A stretch of DNA of 64,000 nt from Chitinophaga pinensis (GCA_945907065.1 CAMDSC010000002.1:96803-160802), one strand, 5' to 3'; counted from the stretch's first letter, positions 40,940 to 52,204 are shown. Translations and numbers: made by a program. Notes: generated by a model from the sequence alone, not told the origin.

Positions 40940-43039
40940 GTGCAAAACCAATTTCTCCTTACCCCCATCGAATATCTCAAAGGCGTTGGCCCTTTAAAGG
41001 GAGAAGTATTGAAAATGGAATTGGGTATTTTTACATTTGGAGATTTATTAAATCATTTCCCATTCCGGTATCTGGACCGTTCCAAATTTTTTACTATAAA
41101 AGAGTTAAACGAAGACATGCCTTTTGTGCAATTAAAAGGTATAATTACAGAAATACACGAAATTGGGGAAGGCCGTGGCAAAAGACTTTCAGGCACATTT
41201 AAAGACCAAACGGGCGAATTAGAATTGGTGTGGTTTCAACATATAAAATGGATAAAAGACACCATTTCAGTAAATAAAACCTGTATTATCTTTGGTAAAC
41301 CCTCTTTGTTTAACCATACTTTTAACATGGTTCATCCGGAAGTAGAATGGATAGAAAACGACAAACCATCTAAAGGAATGCAACCGGTGTATGCCACCAC
41401 AGAAAAACTAAAAAGTCATAAAATAGATTCCAAGGCTATTTATAGAATGTTGCAAGTTCTTTTTGAAAACAAAGCGTTGAGTATCGAGGAAGTTTTACCG
41501 AATTATTTATTGGCTAAATATCAACTGGAACCTAGGGAAAAAGCATACAGAATGGTGCATTTACCAGCTACCACTGCTGAATTTGCCGCAGGCCAAATGC
41601 GATTCAAATTTGAAGAACTATTTTTTTTAAACGTAAAAATAGCCGGACTGAAAAACAAGCGAAAACGCGATGTAAAAGGATTTGTGTTTAGCAAGATTGA
41701 TTATAATTTTAATACCTTCTATAAATTTCATTTACCCTTTGAACTTACCGAAGCCCAAAAAAAAGTACTGAAGGAAATACGGGCCGATATGGCTACTGGC
41801 AAGCAAATGAACCGCTTGTTGCAAGGCGATGTGGGCAGCGGAAAAACAATAGTGGCTTTACTTTCTATGCTTATTGCCATTGATAACAGAACTCAGGCAG
41901 CCATTATGGCTCCTACGGAAATATTAGCTAATCAGCATTTTGAGATCATCAGTCAAATGGTTTCGGGTTTAGGTTTACGAATAGGAATGCTTACCAGCAA
42001 TACCAAAAAATCAGCCAAAGCCAAAATTTTAGAAGCGTTAATTGAAGGGCAAATTGATATCATGGTAGGAACCCATGCTTTGATAGAAAACGATGTGATT
42101 TTTCAAAATCCAGGATTGGTAATTATTGATGAGCAACACCGGTTTGGCGTAGCCCAAAGAGCCAAACTTTGGAACAAACAACAAACGCCACCACATGTTT
42201 TAGTAATGACCGCTACTCCTATTCCCCGAACTTTGGCAATGACGGTTTACGGTGATTTAGATGTTTCAAAAATTGACCAAATGCCACAAGGACGAAAAGC
42301 TATAAAAACCGTTCATCGCTATGAAACCAAGCGGCACGAAATTTTTGATTTTTTAAAATCGGAAATAGCTAACGGCCGCCAAGCGTATTATGTTTACCCT
42401 CTCATTGAAGAATCTGAAACCTTGGATTATCAAAATCTAATAGATGGTTTTCATAATCTCAAACAAGTTTTTCCAGAAACTAATTATAAAATTGGGATGG
42501 TACATGGCAAGATGAAAGCCAAGGAAAAAGAAATTGTGATGAATGCATTTAAACGCGGCGAACTAAATATGCTGGTAAGTACAACAGTTATTGAAGTGGG
42601 GGTAAATGTGCCCAATGCTAGCGTTATGGTTATTGAAAATTCAGAACGGTTTGGGTTGTCGCAATTGCATCAGCTTAGGGGAAGAGTAGGCCGTGGTGGA
42701 GAGCAATCGTATTGTATATTATTATCCTCCGTAAAATTAGGACAGGTGGCCAGAGAACGAATTAAGGCAATGCTTGACACAACAGATGGTTTTGAAATTG
42801 CCAATTTGGATTTAAAACTTCGCGGCCCTGGCGATTTACTAGGAACCCGTCAAAGTGGATTATTAGACTTAAAAATTGCTGACCTGGTGAAAGATGAAGA
42901 TTTACTTATTAAGACCCGTTTAGCAGCTGATGAACTTTTAAAAGATGACCCTTTATTAATGAAACCTGAAAATATACGATTGCGGAATTGGTTTGAACAA
43001 TTGAAAAAAGTAAAGGGCGATTGGAGCAGAGTGAGTTAA
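40940..43039 (+). CDS. recG: ATP-dependent DNA helicase RecG
   Basis: QGDVGSGKT, DEQHRFG, MTATPIPRTL, QLHQLRGRVGRG, DLKLRGPG. Confidence 0.97.
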   Translation: MQNQFLLTPIEYLKGVGPLKGEVLKMELGIFTFGDLLNHFPFRYLDRSKFFTIKELNEDMPFVQLKGIITEIHEIGEGRGKRLSGTFKDQTGELELVWFQHIKWIKDTISVNKTCIIFGKPSLFNHTFNMVHPEVEWIENDKPSKGMQPVYATTEKLKSHKIDSKAIYRMLQVLFENKALSIEEVLPNYLLAKYQLEPREKAYRMVHLPATTAEFAAGQMRFKFEELFFLNVKIAGLKNKRKRDVKGFVFSKIDYNFNTFYKFHLPFELTEAQKKVLKEIRADMATGKQMNRLLQGDVGSGKTIVALLSMLIAIDNRTQAAIMAPTEILANQHFEIISQMVSGLGLRIGMLTSNTKKSAKAKILEALIEGQIDIMVGTHALIENDVIFQNPGLVIIDEQHRFGVAQRAKLWNKQQTPPHVLVMTATPIPRTLAMTVYGDLDVSKIDQMPQGRKAIKTVHRYETKRHEIFDFLKSEIANGRQAYYVYPLIEESETLDYQNLIDGFHNLKQVFPETNYKIGMVHGKMKAKEKEIVMNAFKRGELNMLVSTTVIEVGVNVPNASVMVIENSERFGLSQLHQLRGRVGRGGEQSYCILLSSVKLGQVARERIKAMLDTTDGFEIANLDLKLRGPGDLLGTRQSGLLDLKIADLVKDEDLLIKTRLAADELLKDDPLLMKPENIRLRNWFEQLKKVKGDWSRVS

Positions 43040-43041
43040 AT

Positions 43042-46000
43042 TTATTTATGCTTTCGGTCATACTTTTTTTTCTGCCATTTAGGAAAAAAGTAATCCAATT
43101 CCTTACGATAATAAAAACCCACTCCTGAAGTATTTATCGGTTTATTATTAACATTTATAGGGTCGTTTGCCCGATTATTAAAACCTCTAATCAATAACCT
43201 TCCATCCTTTTTTACTTTATAACTAACATTCACATCATAAGATGTATTGCCCGATTGACCGTACGTACCGCCTATTTCAATGCGGTCGTTATATAACTTT
43301 CGTTTTAAAGATAAAATAATTTGTTTATTGGCATCACTACTTGTAGCTGACTGATAATTTACTGCAGCCTCCCAGTTGGGATCTATTTGCCTTAGCCAAC
43401 TATTTACCTGATTGGTAACAAAAGCCCCAATACTGTTTTCAAAAGAACTTAATGCATTATTGCCGCTAGAAGCTGTACCAGCCGAATTTATGGGAGCAAA
43501 AGAATTAAAAACCAAAAGATTAATAAATTGTTTGTTGGTTTCTTCTTGGTCGGCTCGTATTTGGTTTATTGCATTATTTAAATCCAAATTGGCAAAAAGA
43601 GTAGATTGGTTATCTTTAGAAAGATTAATACCTAATCTAATATCCGGCTTAAACAGATTATCTTTCATATAAATTTCACAGTCTACTGCTACATTATTTG
43701 TGGTTTGAGAAGTGGACGTGCTTGGCAATATTACTGATGGATCGGCTTTAACTGTGGTAATTGCAACAATGTCAACCATCGCATTCAAAGGGTCTCCTTC
43801 CCAGGTAATTTTGCTACCACTTTTTACCTTTAATTTTGTATTTACAAGATTATTTAGAGCTGTAAAATTATAACGCCCTTTATCAATAACATAACTTCCA
43901 AACATATAAAAATCTCCAAAAGTATTAAGCTCCATTTTGATATTACCATTTCCAGCCACACTCATCACATCATCAAATTTTGCATCAAATATCATATTGA
44001 CTTCCGCATCGGTGGTTACATCAAAATTAAAATCCATGGTAATACCACTTAGTTTTTTTGTTTCAGTCGAAATCATATCAGCTCTCAAATCAACAATCTT
44101 TATATAGTCGGGACCTGTGTTTTCGGTTGTGCTGGAAAGTGGAAGTGAGATAACTGTCTTAGGTCTTGTTTTAGCATAAATACTTAAATAAATCTGATCA
44201 ATTGTACCAGTAACTTTCAATTTACCATCCACAAATGCAGTTCCAAAAAACATATCATTTTTATCTTCGGTAAGGTCCATACAGTTAAAATTTTTAAGGT
44301 CATTCATAAAAATATCAAACCGGAAATCATTGAAATTTTTATGATAAATTTTACCGCCTGCCAACGCTACGGATCCATACTTATCTTTTACCTTAAATGT
44401 TCCTAAATCGATTTTCTTTTCATCAATTAATACATTTGCAAAATCAACTTTTAATGGCAAACCTAAATAGTCCATAAAAAAGCTTGCATCTTTAAGTACT
44501 ATTTTTCCATCAATATCAGGTTTGCTTAAAGCTCCTTTTACATTAATAACTCCATTTGCCAAACCAGTAATATTTGAAAACAACCCTTCGGTAAACATTT
44601 CAAAGGGCTTTATATTAGTTTCATTTAGGGTGCAAACCAAATCAATTTTATCATTATTTGGGGTTAAATCAACATTTCCAAGTATTGATAAATCATTTAT
44701 TAATCCATTTTTAATAGTTCCGTCAATATCCATTTTATAAGGACTACCATGGGAGTGAGAATTTAATACCACATCTCCTACTGAATCCTTGTTATAAGCT
44801 AAATTATCAATCGTAAGGCTTGACTCTACAATTGGACGATTGTTGGAACCATTTAGTGTTAAATTTCCATTAATGATTCCCTGAATTTCGGAGTTCCACG
44901 TTTGTAATATTGGATTAATTTCAGCTAAATTAAAGTTAGAAATATTTAATTTAAGATTTTCAAACTTTTTTTCGCCAGCCAAACCATTTATTGACAAGGA
45001 TTGATTACCTTTAGAAATGATAAAGCTATCAACGGAAAGATTAGATTGAGCATAGTGTAAATGGTTTTGATTATTTATTATCCAAGGTTTTTTATAAAGA
45101 TAAATTACAGAATTGGCAAGTTTTAAATCTATGGCCCCTTTCGAAAAAATAATATTTCCACCTGAAATAATACTAACATCTTGCAATGTATCAGATGTAT
45201 TTAATCTAAAATTAATATCATTGCCTCCCATATCTGCAGCTAAATTTATGTTATCCGTCAAAAAGCTATCGGTAACATATAAAGCACTTGATTTTGTAGT
45301 AAATGTAAGCCTTTGCCCGGGTTGTTTTGAACTTTCGATGGCTACTTCTTTAAATGAATAGTCAGTATATTTTACGTACTCAGCTCTGGCTAAAATATCC
45401 ATGCTTTGCGAGGTGGAATTATAAACTCCTGTTGTTGTCAATTTGGAAAATGTAAGCTCAGGCATTACTAATGCTGATAAAAACCGTGAATCACTTATAT
45501 CCACATCAAAACGAATATTAACAGGGTTGGCTTTAGTTTTTAATTTGGCATAATAGTCAGGAAACAAATCATAAAGCAAATTATCAATTGTTGATTCAAA
45601 TTGACTAATCTTAAATTGACCTGTAATATTAATGTTTCCTAAAATACTGTTTAGCACCACCGAACGCTGTTGATATGGCCCAAAAGCATTAAGATCAATT
45701 GTTCCTAATTGATATATACTGTCTTTTCTTTCCAATACTACATGGTTCAAAATAGCACTAATTTTCATATCATCAATGTCGTTGCCTTCAAACGATATGT
45801 CAACATTATCAATTTGGTTTATATTAATATCACCATAGCCAAGTTTTGCTAAATTTACAACTCCAAGCTTTGCTTTAAAATCCCCACCAGGGCTTTCCTT
45901 ATTCAAATCAAACATCCCGTTGAAACTTAGATTTACATTCGGATCCTTTATATCAAACGTCCCGTTGAATACTTTTTTTTCAAGCACTCCATCAAAAGTT

Positions 46001-47436
46001 GCGTTGGAATAATCATAGCCATCGTAGATGAACGATACAACATCACCTTGCAATTTTGTGTTCAAATCTTTCATTGTAAATCCTTTTCCATCGGCTACGG
46101 TAAAAAATGTAGTGGTACCAAATAACCCATCATTGAGAAGTTTGCCCATATTAAAATTAAATGCCTCTACTTCGCCCTTATATTCCTCGGGTTTCCCATC
46201 TGGAAATTTCAGATTAAGATCCGTCCGGATATTACCAATCGTAGTTTCTATTAATCCTTTTGTGGTAAAATCTTTAATTACACCTGTAAATGTTCCGGTA
46301 TAGCACAATGAACCAATTCTTAAAAGTTCTTCAGGGAATTTGGTATTGATTAAATCCTGAATGGATGAAGGATTAGCCGTCAAGTCAAAAATAGATAAAT
46401 CAAATGCAAGTTTATCCATATTGGTTAGGTCTTTTAATAAAATATCACCTCGCAAATGGTTTAATTTTCCTACAGTAATATCCATTTTTTGGCCTTTCAA
46501 ATTAGCCAAAGTACCAGTTACACTGCCCATTATTATAACCGGAAATTTATATTTTAGCAACTCATCTGAAAAGTAGCTAACATCTTTCATACTAACGACA
46601 GATTTTGACAAATTAACATCCCATTTTACACTATCAATAAAGTTGGAAAGCTGTTCATAGTCCTTATATTTAAATTTTAAATAATTCCCAATTTTTGAAT
46701 AGCGGGTTTTAAAAATTAAATCTTCAAACTCCATCATAGTGCTAGAAATGGTAGTATTGGCCGAAAATTCTTTTACTTCAAAACCAGATTTTTCTTTAAA
46801 AGTTAATGTTTTAATTCCCAAATTTAATGAATCACCAATAAGATTGAAAGGTTTAATTTGAGCATTTATATGCTGATAAACCATATTGGATTCGTCAAAT
46901 TTTCGACCTTTTGTTTGGGTATCATTTTCGTTTTTAAAACAATAATCTACATTTTTGAGCTCAAGATTTTTTATAAAGAGTTTGAAAGGAACAAATGGTT
47001 TATTTGATTTAGGGCGGGGTGGGGAAAAATAATCAATTATAAATTGATAGTTAAAATCCCTCAGACCTTTATGAACAATCATGTTCACTTTTGTATCTTC
47101 AAGTACTGCATGACGAATTCTTGCCAGTTGAAGTTTATTATCAAAAATAATTTTGTAATTAAAACTAGTCTTCAATTTACCGAAGTACGCTAAGGTGTCT
47201 CCTTGCCTGTCTTCAATATACAACCCCTCTAAAACCAAATTATTTACTAATTCAAAATCAATAGATTTTAAGGCAACTCTAGTCTTTAATTCCTTAGATA
47301 AATAGTTAACAGTTTTTTGTGCAGCCCAATTTTGAAAAGGCCGACTTCGCAATAAAATATATCCAATTGTGACAAAAAAAACCACAAAGCATACGCTGAG
47401 AAGAAATCCTCTTGATATTTTTTTAAGTATTTTCAA
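43042..47436 (-). CDS. tamB: Translocation/assembly module TamB-domain protein
   Basis: N-terminal TM, 1464 aa of beta-rich sequence, C-terminal DUF490-like region (ITWEGDPLNA); divergent from tsaD as is usual in Bacteroidota. Confidence 0.8.
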   Translation of the reverse strand: MKILKKISRGFLLSVCFVVFFVTIGYILLRSRPFQNWAAQKTVNYLSKELKTRVALKSIDFELVNNLVLEGLYIEDRQGDTLAYFGKLKTSFNYKIIFDNKLQLARIRHAVLEDTKVNMIVHKGLRDFNYQFIIDYFSPPRPKSNKPFVPFKLFIKNLELKNVDYCFKNENDTQTKGRKFDESNMVYQHINAQIKPFNLIGDSLNLGIKTLTFKEKSGFEVKEFSANTTISSTMMEFEDLIFKTRYSKIGNYLKFKYKDYEQLSNFIDSVKWDVNLSKSVVSMKDVSYFSDELLKYKFPVIIMGSVTGTLANLKGQKMDITVGKLNHLRGDILLKDLTNMDKLAFDLSIFDLTANPSSIQDLINTKFPEELLRIGSLCYTGTFTGVIKDFTTKGLIETTIGNIRTDLNLKFPDGKPEEYKGEVEAFNFNMGKLLNDGLFGTTTFFTVADGKGFTMKDLNTKLQGDVVSFIYDGYDYSNATFDGVLEKKVFNGTFDIKDPNVNLSFNGMFDLNKESPGGDFKAKLGVVNLAKLGYGDININQIDNVDISFEGNDIDDMKISAILNHVVLERKDSIYQLGTIDLNAFGPYQQRSVVLNSILGNINITGQFKISQFESTIDNLLYDLFPDYYAKLKTKANPVNIRFDVDISDSRFLSALVMPELTFSKLTTTGVYNSTSQSMDILARAEYVKYTDYSFKEVAIESSKQPGQRLTFTTKSSALYVTDSFLTDNINLAADMGGNDINFRLNTSDTLQDVSIISGGNIIFSKGAIDLKLANSVIYLYKKPWIINNQNHLHYAQSNLSVDSFIISKGNQSLSINGLAGEKKFENLKLNISNFNLAEINPILQTWNSEIQGIINGNLTLNGSNNRPIVESSLTIDNLAYNKDSVGDVVLNSHSHGSPYKMDIDGTIKNGLINDLSILGNVDLTPNNDKIDLVCTLNETNIKPFEMFTEGLFSNITGLANGVINVKGALSKPDIDGKIVLKDASFFMDYLGLPLKVDFANVLIDEKKIDLGTFKVKDKYGSVALAGGKIYHKNFNDFRFDIFMNDLKNFNCMDLTEDKNDMFFGTAFVDGKLKVTGTIDQIYLSIYAKTRPKTVISLPLSSTTENTGPDYIKIVDLRADMISTETKKLSGITMDFNFDVTTDAEVNMIFDAKFDDVMSVAGNGNIKMELNTFGDFYMFGSYVIDKGRYNFTALNNLVNTKLKVKSGSKITWEGDPLNAMVDIVAITTVKADPSVILPSTSTSQTTNNVAVDCEIYMKDNLFKPDIRLGINLSKDNQSTLFANLDLNNAINQIRADQEETNKQFINLLVFNSFAPINSAGTASSGNNALSSFENSIGAFVTNQVNSWLRQIDPNWEAAVNYQSATSSDANKQIILSLKRKLYNDRIEIGGTYGQSGNTSYDVNVSYKVKKDGRLLIRGFNNRANDPINVNNKPINTSGVGFYYRKELDYFFPKWQKKKYDRKHK

Positions 47437-47486
47437 CTGCTAACCTGCGAATTTAACTAAAATTGCACCTTTAAAAGGATTGCAAT

Positions 47487-48515
47487 ATGCATACCAACGC
47501 CCAACCTGTCCAAAATATTACCCTTTTAGCCATTGAATCATCATGTGATGACACTGCAGTGGCTGTCATTTGTGATGGAAAAATACTTTCAAATATTATT
47601 ACCAGTCAGGATGTTCATCAAAAATATGGTGGTGTGGTACCTGAACTTGCATCAAGGTCGCATCAAAAAAACATTGTTCCTGTGATAGATTTAGCCTTAA
47701 AAAAAGCCAAAATTTCGCTAAAAGATTTGGATGGAATAGCTTTTACACAAGGCCCGGGATTATTAGGTTCTTTGTTAGTTGGAAGTAGTTTTGCAAAGGG
47801 TTTGGCTCTTTCATTAGATAAACCTTTGGTTGCCGTAAACCATATTGATGCTCATGTTTTGGCACATTTAATTGAAAATCCAAATATTCCTTTCCCTTTT
47901 TTATGCCTTTTAGTTTCGGGTGGTCACACCCAAATTGTAAAGGTAAATTCGGTCACAAATATGCAAATATTAGGAAAAACTATTGATGATGCAGCTGGTG
48001 AAGCCTTTGATAAAGCTGCAAAAATATTAGGACTTCCTTATCCCGGTGGGCCTCTTATTGATAAATATGCAACTACTGGAAACCCTTTGGCTTATAAATT
48101 TTCATCAGGAAATGTACCCAATCTTGATTTTAGTTTTAGTGGATTTAAAACTGCCGTTCTTTATTTTGTGAGAGATAAAATGGCGAAGGATGCAACTTTT
48201 ATCGATACTAATCTGTCTGATATTTGTGCCTCCATTCAACATACAATTGTGACATATTTATTATCTAAATTAAAAACAGCTGCCTTGCAAACCAAAATTA
48301 AACATATTGCAATAGCTGGCGGGGTGGCTGCCAATTCAGGATTAAGAAATAATTTGAAGTTTATGGCTGCTAAGCAAAATTGGTCTACATACATTCCAGC
48401 TTTTGAGTATTGTACTGATAATGCGGGAATGATAGCCATGGCAGGATACTATAAATTTTTGGCTGGCGATACTGTAGGAATAGATGTTGCGTCATTTGCT
48501 TCGTTAAAAAAATAA
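47487..48515 (+). CDS. tsaD: tRNA N6-adenosine threonylcarbamoyltransferase
   Basis: IESSCDDT, GGVVPELASRSH, HIDAH, VSGGHT, DDAAGEAFDK, CTDNAGMIA. Confidence 0.97.
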   Translation: MHTNAQPVQNITLLAIESSCDDTAVAVICDGKILSNIITSQDVHQKYGGVVPELASRSHQKNIVPVIDLALKKAKISLKDLDGIAFTQGPGLLGSLLVGSSFAKGLALSLDKPLVAVNHIDAHVLAHLIENPNIPFPFLCLLVSGGHTQIVKVNSVTNMQILGKTIDDAAGEAFDKAAKILGLPYPGGPLIDKYATTGNPLAYKFSSGNVPNLDFSFSGFKTAVLYFVRDKMAKDATFIDTNLSDICASIQHTIVTYLLSKLKTAALQTKIKHIAIAGGVAANSGLRNNLKFMAAKQNWSTYIPAFEYCTDNAGMIAMAGYYKFLAGDTVGIDVASFASLKK

Positions 48516-48519
48516 ATTT

Positions 48520-48535
48520 TGGAACAATAGTTGAT
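48520..48535 (+). promoter_or_regulatory. Putative sigma54-like -24/-12 element
   Basis: TGGAAC-AATAG-TTGAT, 13 nt before ATG 48549. Confidence 0.4.
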
Positions 48536-48548
48536 AAAACACAACAAA

Positions 48549-49394
48549 ATGTCAAGATTACTTAAAACTCTAATAATTATATTAACTACCTTGTGGTTTA
48601 ATACTAATATTCAGGCTCAGGACGGTATAGACACCGCTCTATTTAAACAGTATAAAGTTAAAAAAATGTGGGTCTGGGTAAAGCTACCAATTTTGCCAAG
48701 TAGAACCATGGATGACAGTTGTAAAGCTGAAATTTATGAAATTGACACATTCACAAGAATCACGTATCAAAATAAAGCTATGAATTGCTATGGATGGGGC
48801 GGCTCATCTGAAAGTTACAATACTTATGATACATTGGATAGAATTATATTATCTAAAACCATTTTGGAAGAAGAAGTTATTTATAGCAAATATTTCTATA
48901 ACGCTAAAAATGACATTTTAAAAATTGTGCAAACCAGCCTTCAAAAACCTGACAGCTTTGTTATTAAAAATTTTTATATTTATAATAGCAAAGGAAAAGT
49001 TAGTGAAATGAAAAATTTAGAAATAATTGGAAGTGATACCACAAAGTATATTACAAAATACAATTATGATAAGGCAGACAATATAAAAACAATATGGACC
49101 TACACAGGGGATTTGCAGCTCATCCAAAAACAAAATTTCGAGATTACACCAATTAGCAAAAAAATCCTCGAATTTTCAACGGAAACCAAATTACCAAAAG
49201 AGTCATTTACACGAGGTTGGAATTATTATAATTTTGATGCCCAACTTAGCCGAACCCAATACAGTAATAATACCTGGACAGAATTTGTATATAAAGACAA
49301 TGGCCTTTTAGACCAAACTCTTAGTTATAACATGCAAGGAAAACTTAATTCATGGAAACGTTATTACTACGAATTTTATGAAAGTGGTGAGTAA
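48549..49394 (+). CDS. Hypothetical secreted protein with YD-like beta repeats
   Basis: Signal peptide ending IQAQ; recurring YxYD/YN..G patterns. Confidence 0.6.
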   Translation: MSRLLKTLIIILTTLWFNTNIQAQDGIDTALFKQYKVKKMWVWVKLPILPSRTMDDSCKAEIYEIDTFTRITYQNKAMNCYGWGGSSESYNTYDTLDRIILSKTILEEEVIYSKYFYNAKNDILKIVQTSLQKPDSFVIKNFYIYNSKGKVSEMKNLEIIGSDTTKYITKYNYDKADNIKTIWTYTGDLQLIQKQNFEITPISKKILEFSTETKLPKESFTRGWNYYNFDAQLSRTQYSNNTWTEFVYKDNGLLDQTLSYNMQGKLNSWKRYYYEFYESGE

Positions 49395-49749
49395 TTTTTT
49401 ACTAATTTTTATTGGCGGAGGAGTTGGTGCTTTATTGCGTTATGGGTTTTCGTTGTTTATTAAAATTTCACCTTCAGGTTTTCCTCTTGCCACATTTTGG
49501 GTAAATGTAATCGGGTGTTTTTTTATCGGGCTTTTGTATTCCTTTTTAAATATTGAAAACCAAGCATTACGATTATTGCTAATTGTTGGTTTATTAGGAG
49601 GGTTCACAACCTTTTCATCATTTGGAAATGAAACCATCCAACTTATAGAAAAAGGCCGCCACCAAACTGCCTTTTTTTATGTAATTTTGAGCAATATATG
49701 TGGGTTAGCAGCCGTTTATTTAGGTACCAAAATTTCTTCAATAATATAG
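49378..49749 (+). CDS. crcB: Fluoride efflux channel CrcB/FluC
   Basis: GGGVGALLRY, FPLATFWVNVIGCF, GLLGGFTTFSSF. Confidence 0.95.
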   Translation: MKVVSNFLLIFIGGGVGALLRYGFSLFIKISPSGFPLATFWVNVIGCFFIGLLYSFLNIENQALRLLLIVGLLGGFTTFSSFGNETIQLIEKGRHQTAFFYVILSNICGLAAVYLGTKISSII

Positions 49750-51011
49750 TGCGACGCAAAATAATAATCTTCTTTTTATTTTTCTTAATCGAGGTTTCAA
49801 CCTTTGCTTCAAAAATTTTGATACCTATGGATAATTCCCAAAAAGACCATCTAAAGGCATATGGAATTGCGTATTGGATTTTAACATTTGACAAAGAAGT
49901 GGAGTGGCTATTGAACTATCGAGGAGGTAGTTTTATGGTTGATAATATTGATAAATTTGAAAAGGAGTGTTTGCTTAGAGGGGTTAGTTATCAAAAGATA
50001 ACCGATGGAGCTGCTCAAGATATTTATTCAGAAATAGCCAATCCTGCTGTAAATATGGAGGTTGTAAAATTATTGAAAGCCCCAAAAGTGGCCGTGTATA
50101 GTCCTAAAACTAAGCAACCATGGGATGATGCTGTAACTTTGGTATTAACCTATGCCGAAATACCCTACGAAACCATTTTTGATGATGACGTAATGGAAGG
50201 GAAATTGCCTCTTTATGATTGGCTTCATCTACATCACGAAGATTTTACGGGACAATACGGTAAATTTTGGGCAAGTTATCATCAGGCAGATTGGTACAAA
50301 GAACAAGTGGCAGAAGCAGAAGCTATTGCAGCCAAACACGGATTTAACAAAGTATCGGACTTAAAATTGGCAGTAGTAAAAAAAATCAGAGACTTTACTT
50401 TAGGCGGCGGATTTTTGTTTGCTATGTGCAGCGCAACTGATAGTTATGATATAGCATTGGCCGCCGATGGAGTAGATATTTGCGAATCAATGTATGATGG
50501 CGATGGGGTAGATCCAGATGCTCAATCCAAGTTACAATTTGACAACACATTTGCTTTCAAAAATTTTCAGTTAGAGATGAATCCTTATGTATATGAATAT
50601 TCAAATATTGATATGCAGGTTTCGGAACGACCTGTGAGTGAGGAAAATGATCTATTTGTTTTATTTGATTTTTCAGCCAAATATGATATTGTTCCAACTA
50701 TACTTTGCCAAAACCATGAAAAGGTTATTAAAGGATTTATGGGTCAAACAACTGCTTTTCGTAAAAGTTTAATAAAGAGTGATGTATTAATAATGGGGCA
50801 AAATCAATCATTGGGTGAAGCCAAATACATGCACGGAACTTTGGGCAAAGGCACCTGGACTTTTTACGGAGGCCATGACCCAGAGGATTACCAGCACATG
50901 GTAGGTGAACCACCAACTGAACTTTCATTACATCCAAACTCACCCGGATACAGGCTTATTCTTAACAATATTTTGTTTCCTTCAGCTAAAAAGAAAAAGC
51001 AAAAAACATAA
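49749..51011 (+). CDS. Conserved Bacteroidota exported protein of unknown function (often mislabelled asparagine synthetase B)
   Basis: QKDHLKAYGIAYW, WLLNYRGGSF, PWDDAVT, WLHLHHEDFTGQYGKF, FAMCSATD, GGHDPEDY; GTG 49749 overlaps the crcB stop. Confidence 0.7.
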   Translation: MRRKIIIFFLFFLIEVSTFASKILIPMDNSQKDHLKAYGIAYWILTFDKEVEWLLNYRGGSFMVDNIDKFEKECLLRGVSYQKITDGAAQDIYSEIANPAVNMEVVKLLKAPKVAVYSPKTKQPWDDAVTLVLTYAEIPYETIFDDDVMEGKLPLYDWLHLHHEDFTGQYGKFWASYHQADWYKEQVAEAEAIAAKHGFNKVSDLKLAVVKKIRDFTLGGGFLFAMCSATDSYDIALAADGVDICESMYDGDGVDPDAQSKLQFDNTFAFKNFQLEMNPYVYEYSNIDMQVSERPVSEENDLFVLFDFSAKYDIVPTILCQNHEKVIKGFMGQTTAFRKSLIKSDVLIMGQNQSLGEAKYMHGTLGKGTWTFYGGHDPEDYQHMVGEPPTELSLHPNSPGYRLILNNILFPSAKKKKQKT

Positions 51012-51027
51012 ACATCATTTCGGCTAA

Positions 51028-52170
51028 TTGTCAGGCATCTACGTTCATATCCCCTATTGCACCAAGTCTTGCTTTTATTGCGATTTTCATTTTTCGGTTA
51101 ATAAAAAAAGTATGCCCGAAATGACCGAGGCTATTCTTAAAGAAGTCGTTTATTTTGGTAAAAAAGGAATGCAGGATTTTTTTTATTCCAAACCCATTGA
51201 TACCATTTATTTTGGTGGTGGAACCCCATCCACATTACCGATTGAGGATATTACCAAAATTTTAGAAACTATTTACGCAAACTATACTGTAGCCAATAAT
51301 CCTGAAATTACCTTAGAAGCCAATCCGGATGATTTAACGGAGGACTATTGCCGACGACTTAAGGTTACGGGAATAAATAGGCTGAGTATTGGAATACAAT
51401 CCTTCTATGATGAACACCTTAAATGGATGAACCGTTCGCATAATGCCGAACAAGCGGAAAATTGCGTTAAGAATGCTATTGACGCAGGAATTACCAATAT
51501 CAGCATTGATTTAATTTATGGCTTTCCGGGATTGATGGATACCCAATGGGAAGCCAATTTGCAAAAAGCCCAAAATCTTCCTATTAATCATTTATCCTGC
51601 TATTGCCTTACTGTGGAGGAAAAAACTCCATTAAAAAAATTGATAGAAACCGGACGATACAAAGCCCCTGATGAGGATATCGCCACCGGTCATTTTAATA
51701 CGCTTGTAAATTGGGCTAAAACCAATCATTGGGAGCATTACGAAATTTCAAACTTTTGCCGAAATGGATTTTATTCCAAACACAATACCGGCTACTGGCA
51801 ACAAAAACATTATTTGGGAATTGGACCGTCGGCTCATTCCTATAATAGTGCAGAACGCCGATGGAATGTGAAAGATAATAATTTATACATTCAAGGCTGG
51901 GAGCAAAATCAAACTTCCTTTGAAGTTGAAATTTTAACCCCAACCGAAAAATTGAATGATTTTATTTTAACATCCCTGCGAACTCAATGGGGTTTGGATA
52001 TTGCTGTGGCAAGTGAAATATCAGGAACTGATTTTTTTAAAGAAAATAAGGAATTGATAGACATGTACGTTTCTATGGGTTTAATGGAAACTGATAAATC
52101 TATTTTGAAACTCACGAATGAAGGAAAACTTTATGCAGAAGGAATTGCGGCTGAGTTTTTTGGAGAGTGA
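51028..52170 (+). CDS. hemW: Radical SAM heme chaperone HemW
   Basis: YVHIPYCTKSCFYCDF, GGGTPS, EANPDD, YEISNF, HNTGYW. Confidence 0.9.
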   Translation: MSGIYVHIPYCTKSCFYCDFHFSVNKKSMPEMTEAILKEVVYFGKKGMQDFFYSKPIDTIYFGGGTPSTLPIEDITKILETIYANYTVANNPEITLEANPDDLTEDYCRRLKVTGINRLSIGIQSFYDEHLKWMNRSHNAEQAENCVKNAIDAGITNISIDLIYGFPGLMDTQWEANLQKAQNLPINHLSCYCLTVEEKTPLKKLIETGRYKAPDEDIATGHFNTLVNWAKTNHWEHYEISNFCRNGFYSKHNTGYWQQKHYLGIGPSAHSYNSAERRWNVKDNNLYIQGWEQNQTSFEVEILTPTEKLNDFILTSLRTQWGLDIAVASEISGTDFFKENKELIDMYVSMGLMETDKSILKLTNEGKLYAEGIAAEFFGE

Positions 52171-52176
52171 TTATTT

Positions 52177-52204
52177 ATTACCGTCGGTTCAAACCGACGG
52201 CAAT
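52177..52204. repeat. REP-like palindrome overlapping the recX 3' end
   Basis: CCGTCGGTT-ca-AACCGACGG perfect 9-bp stem. Confidence 0.7.
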
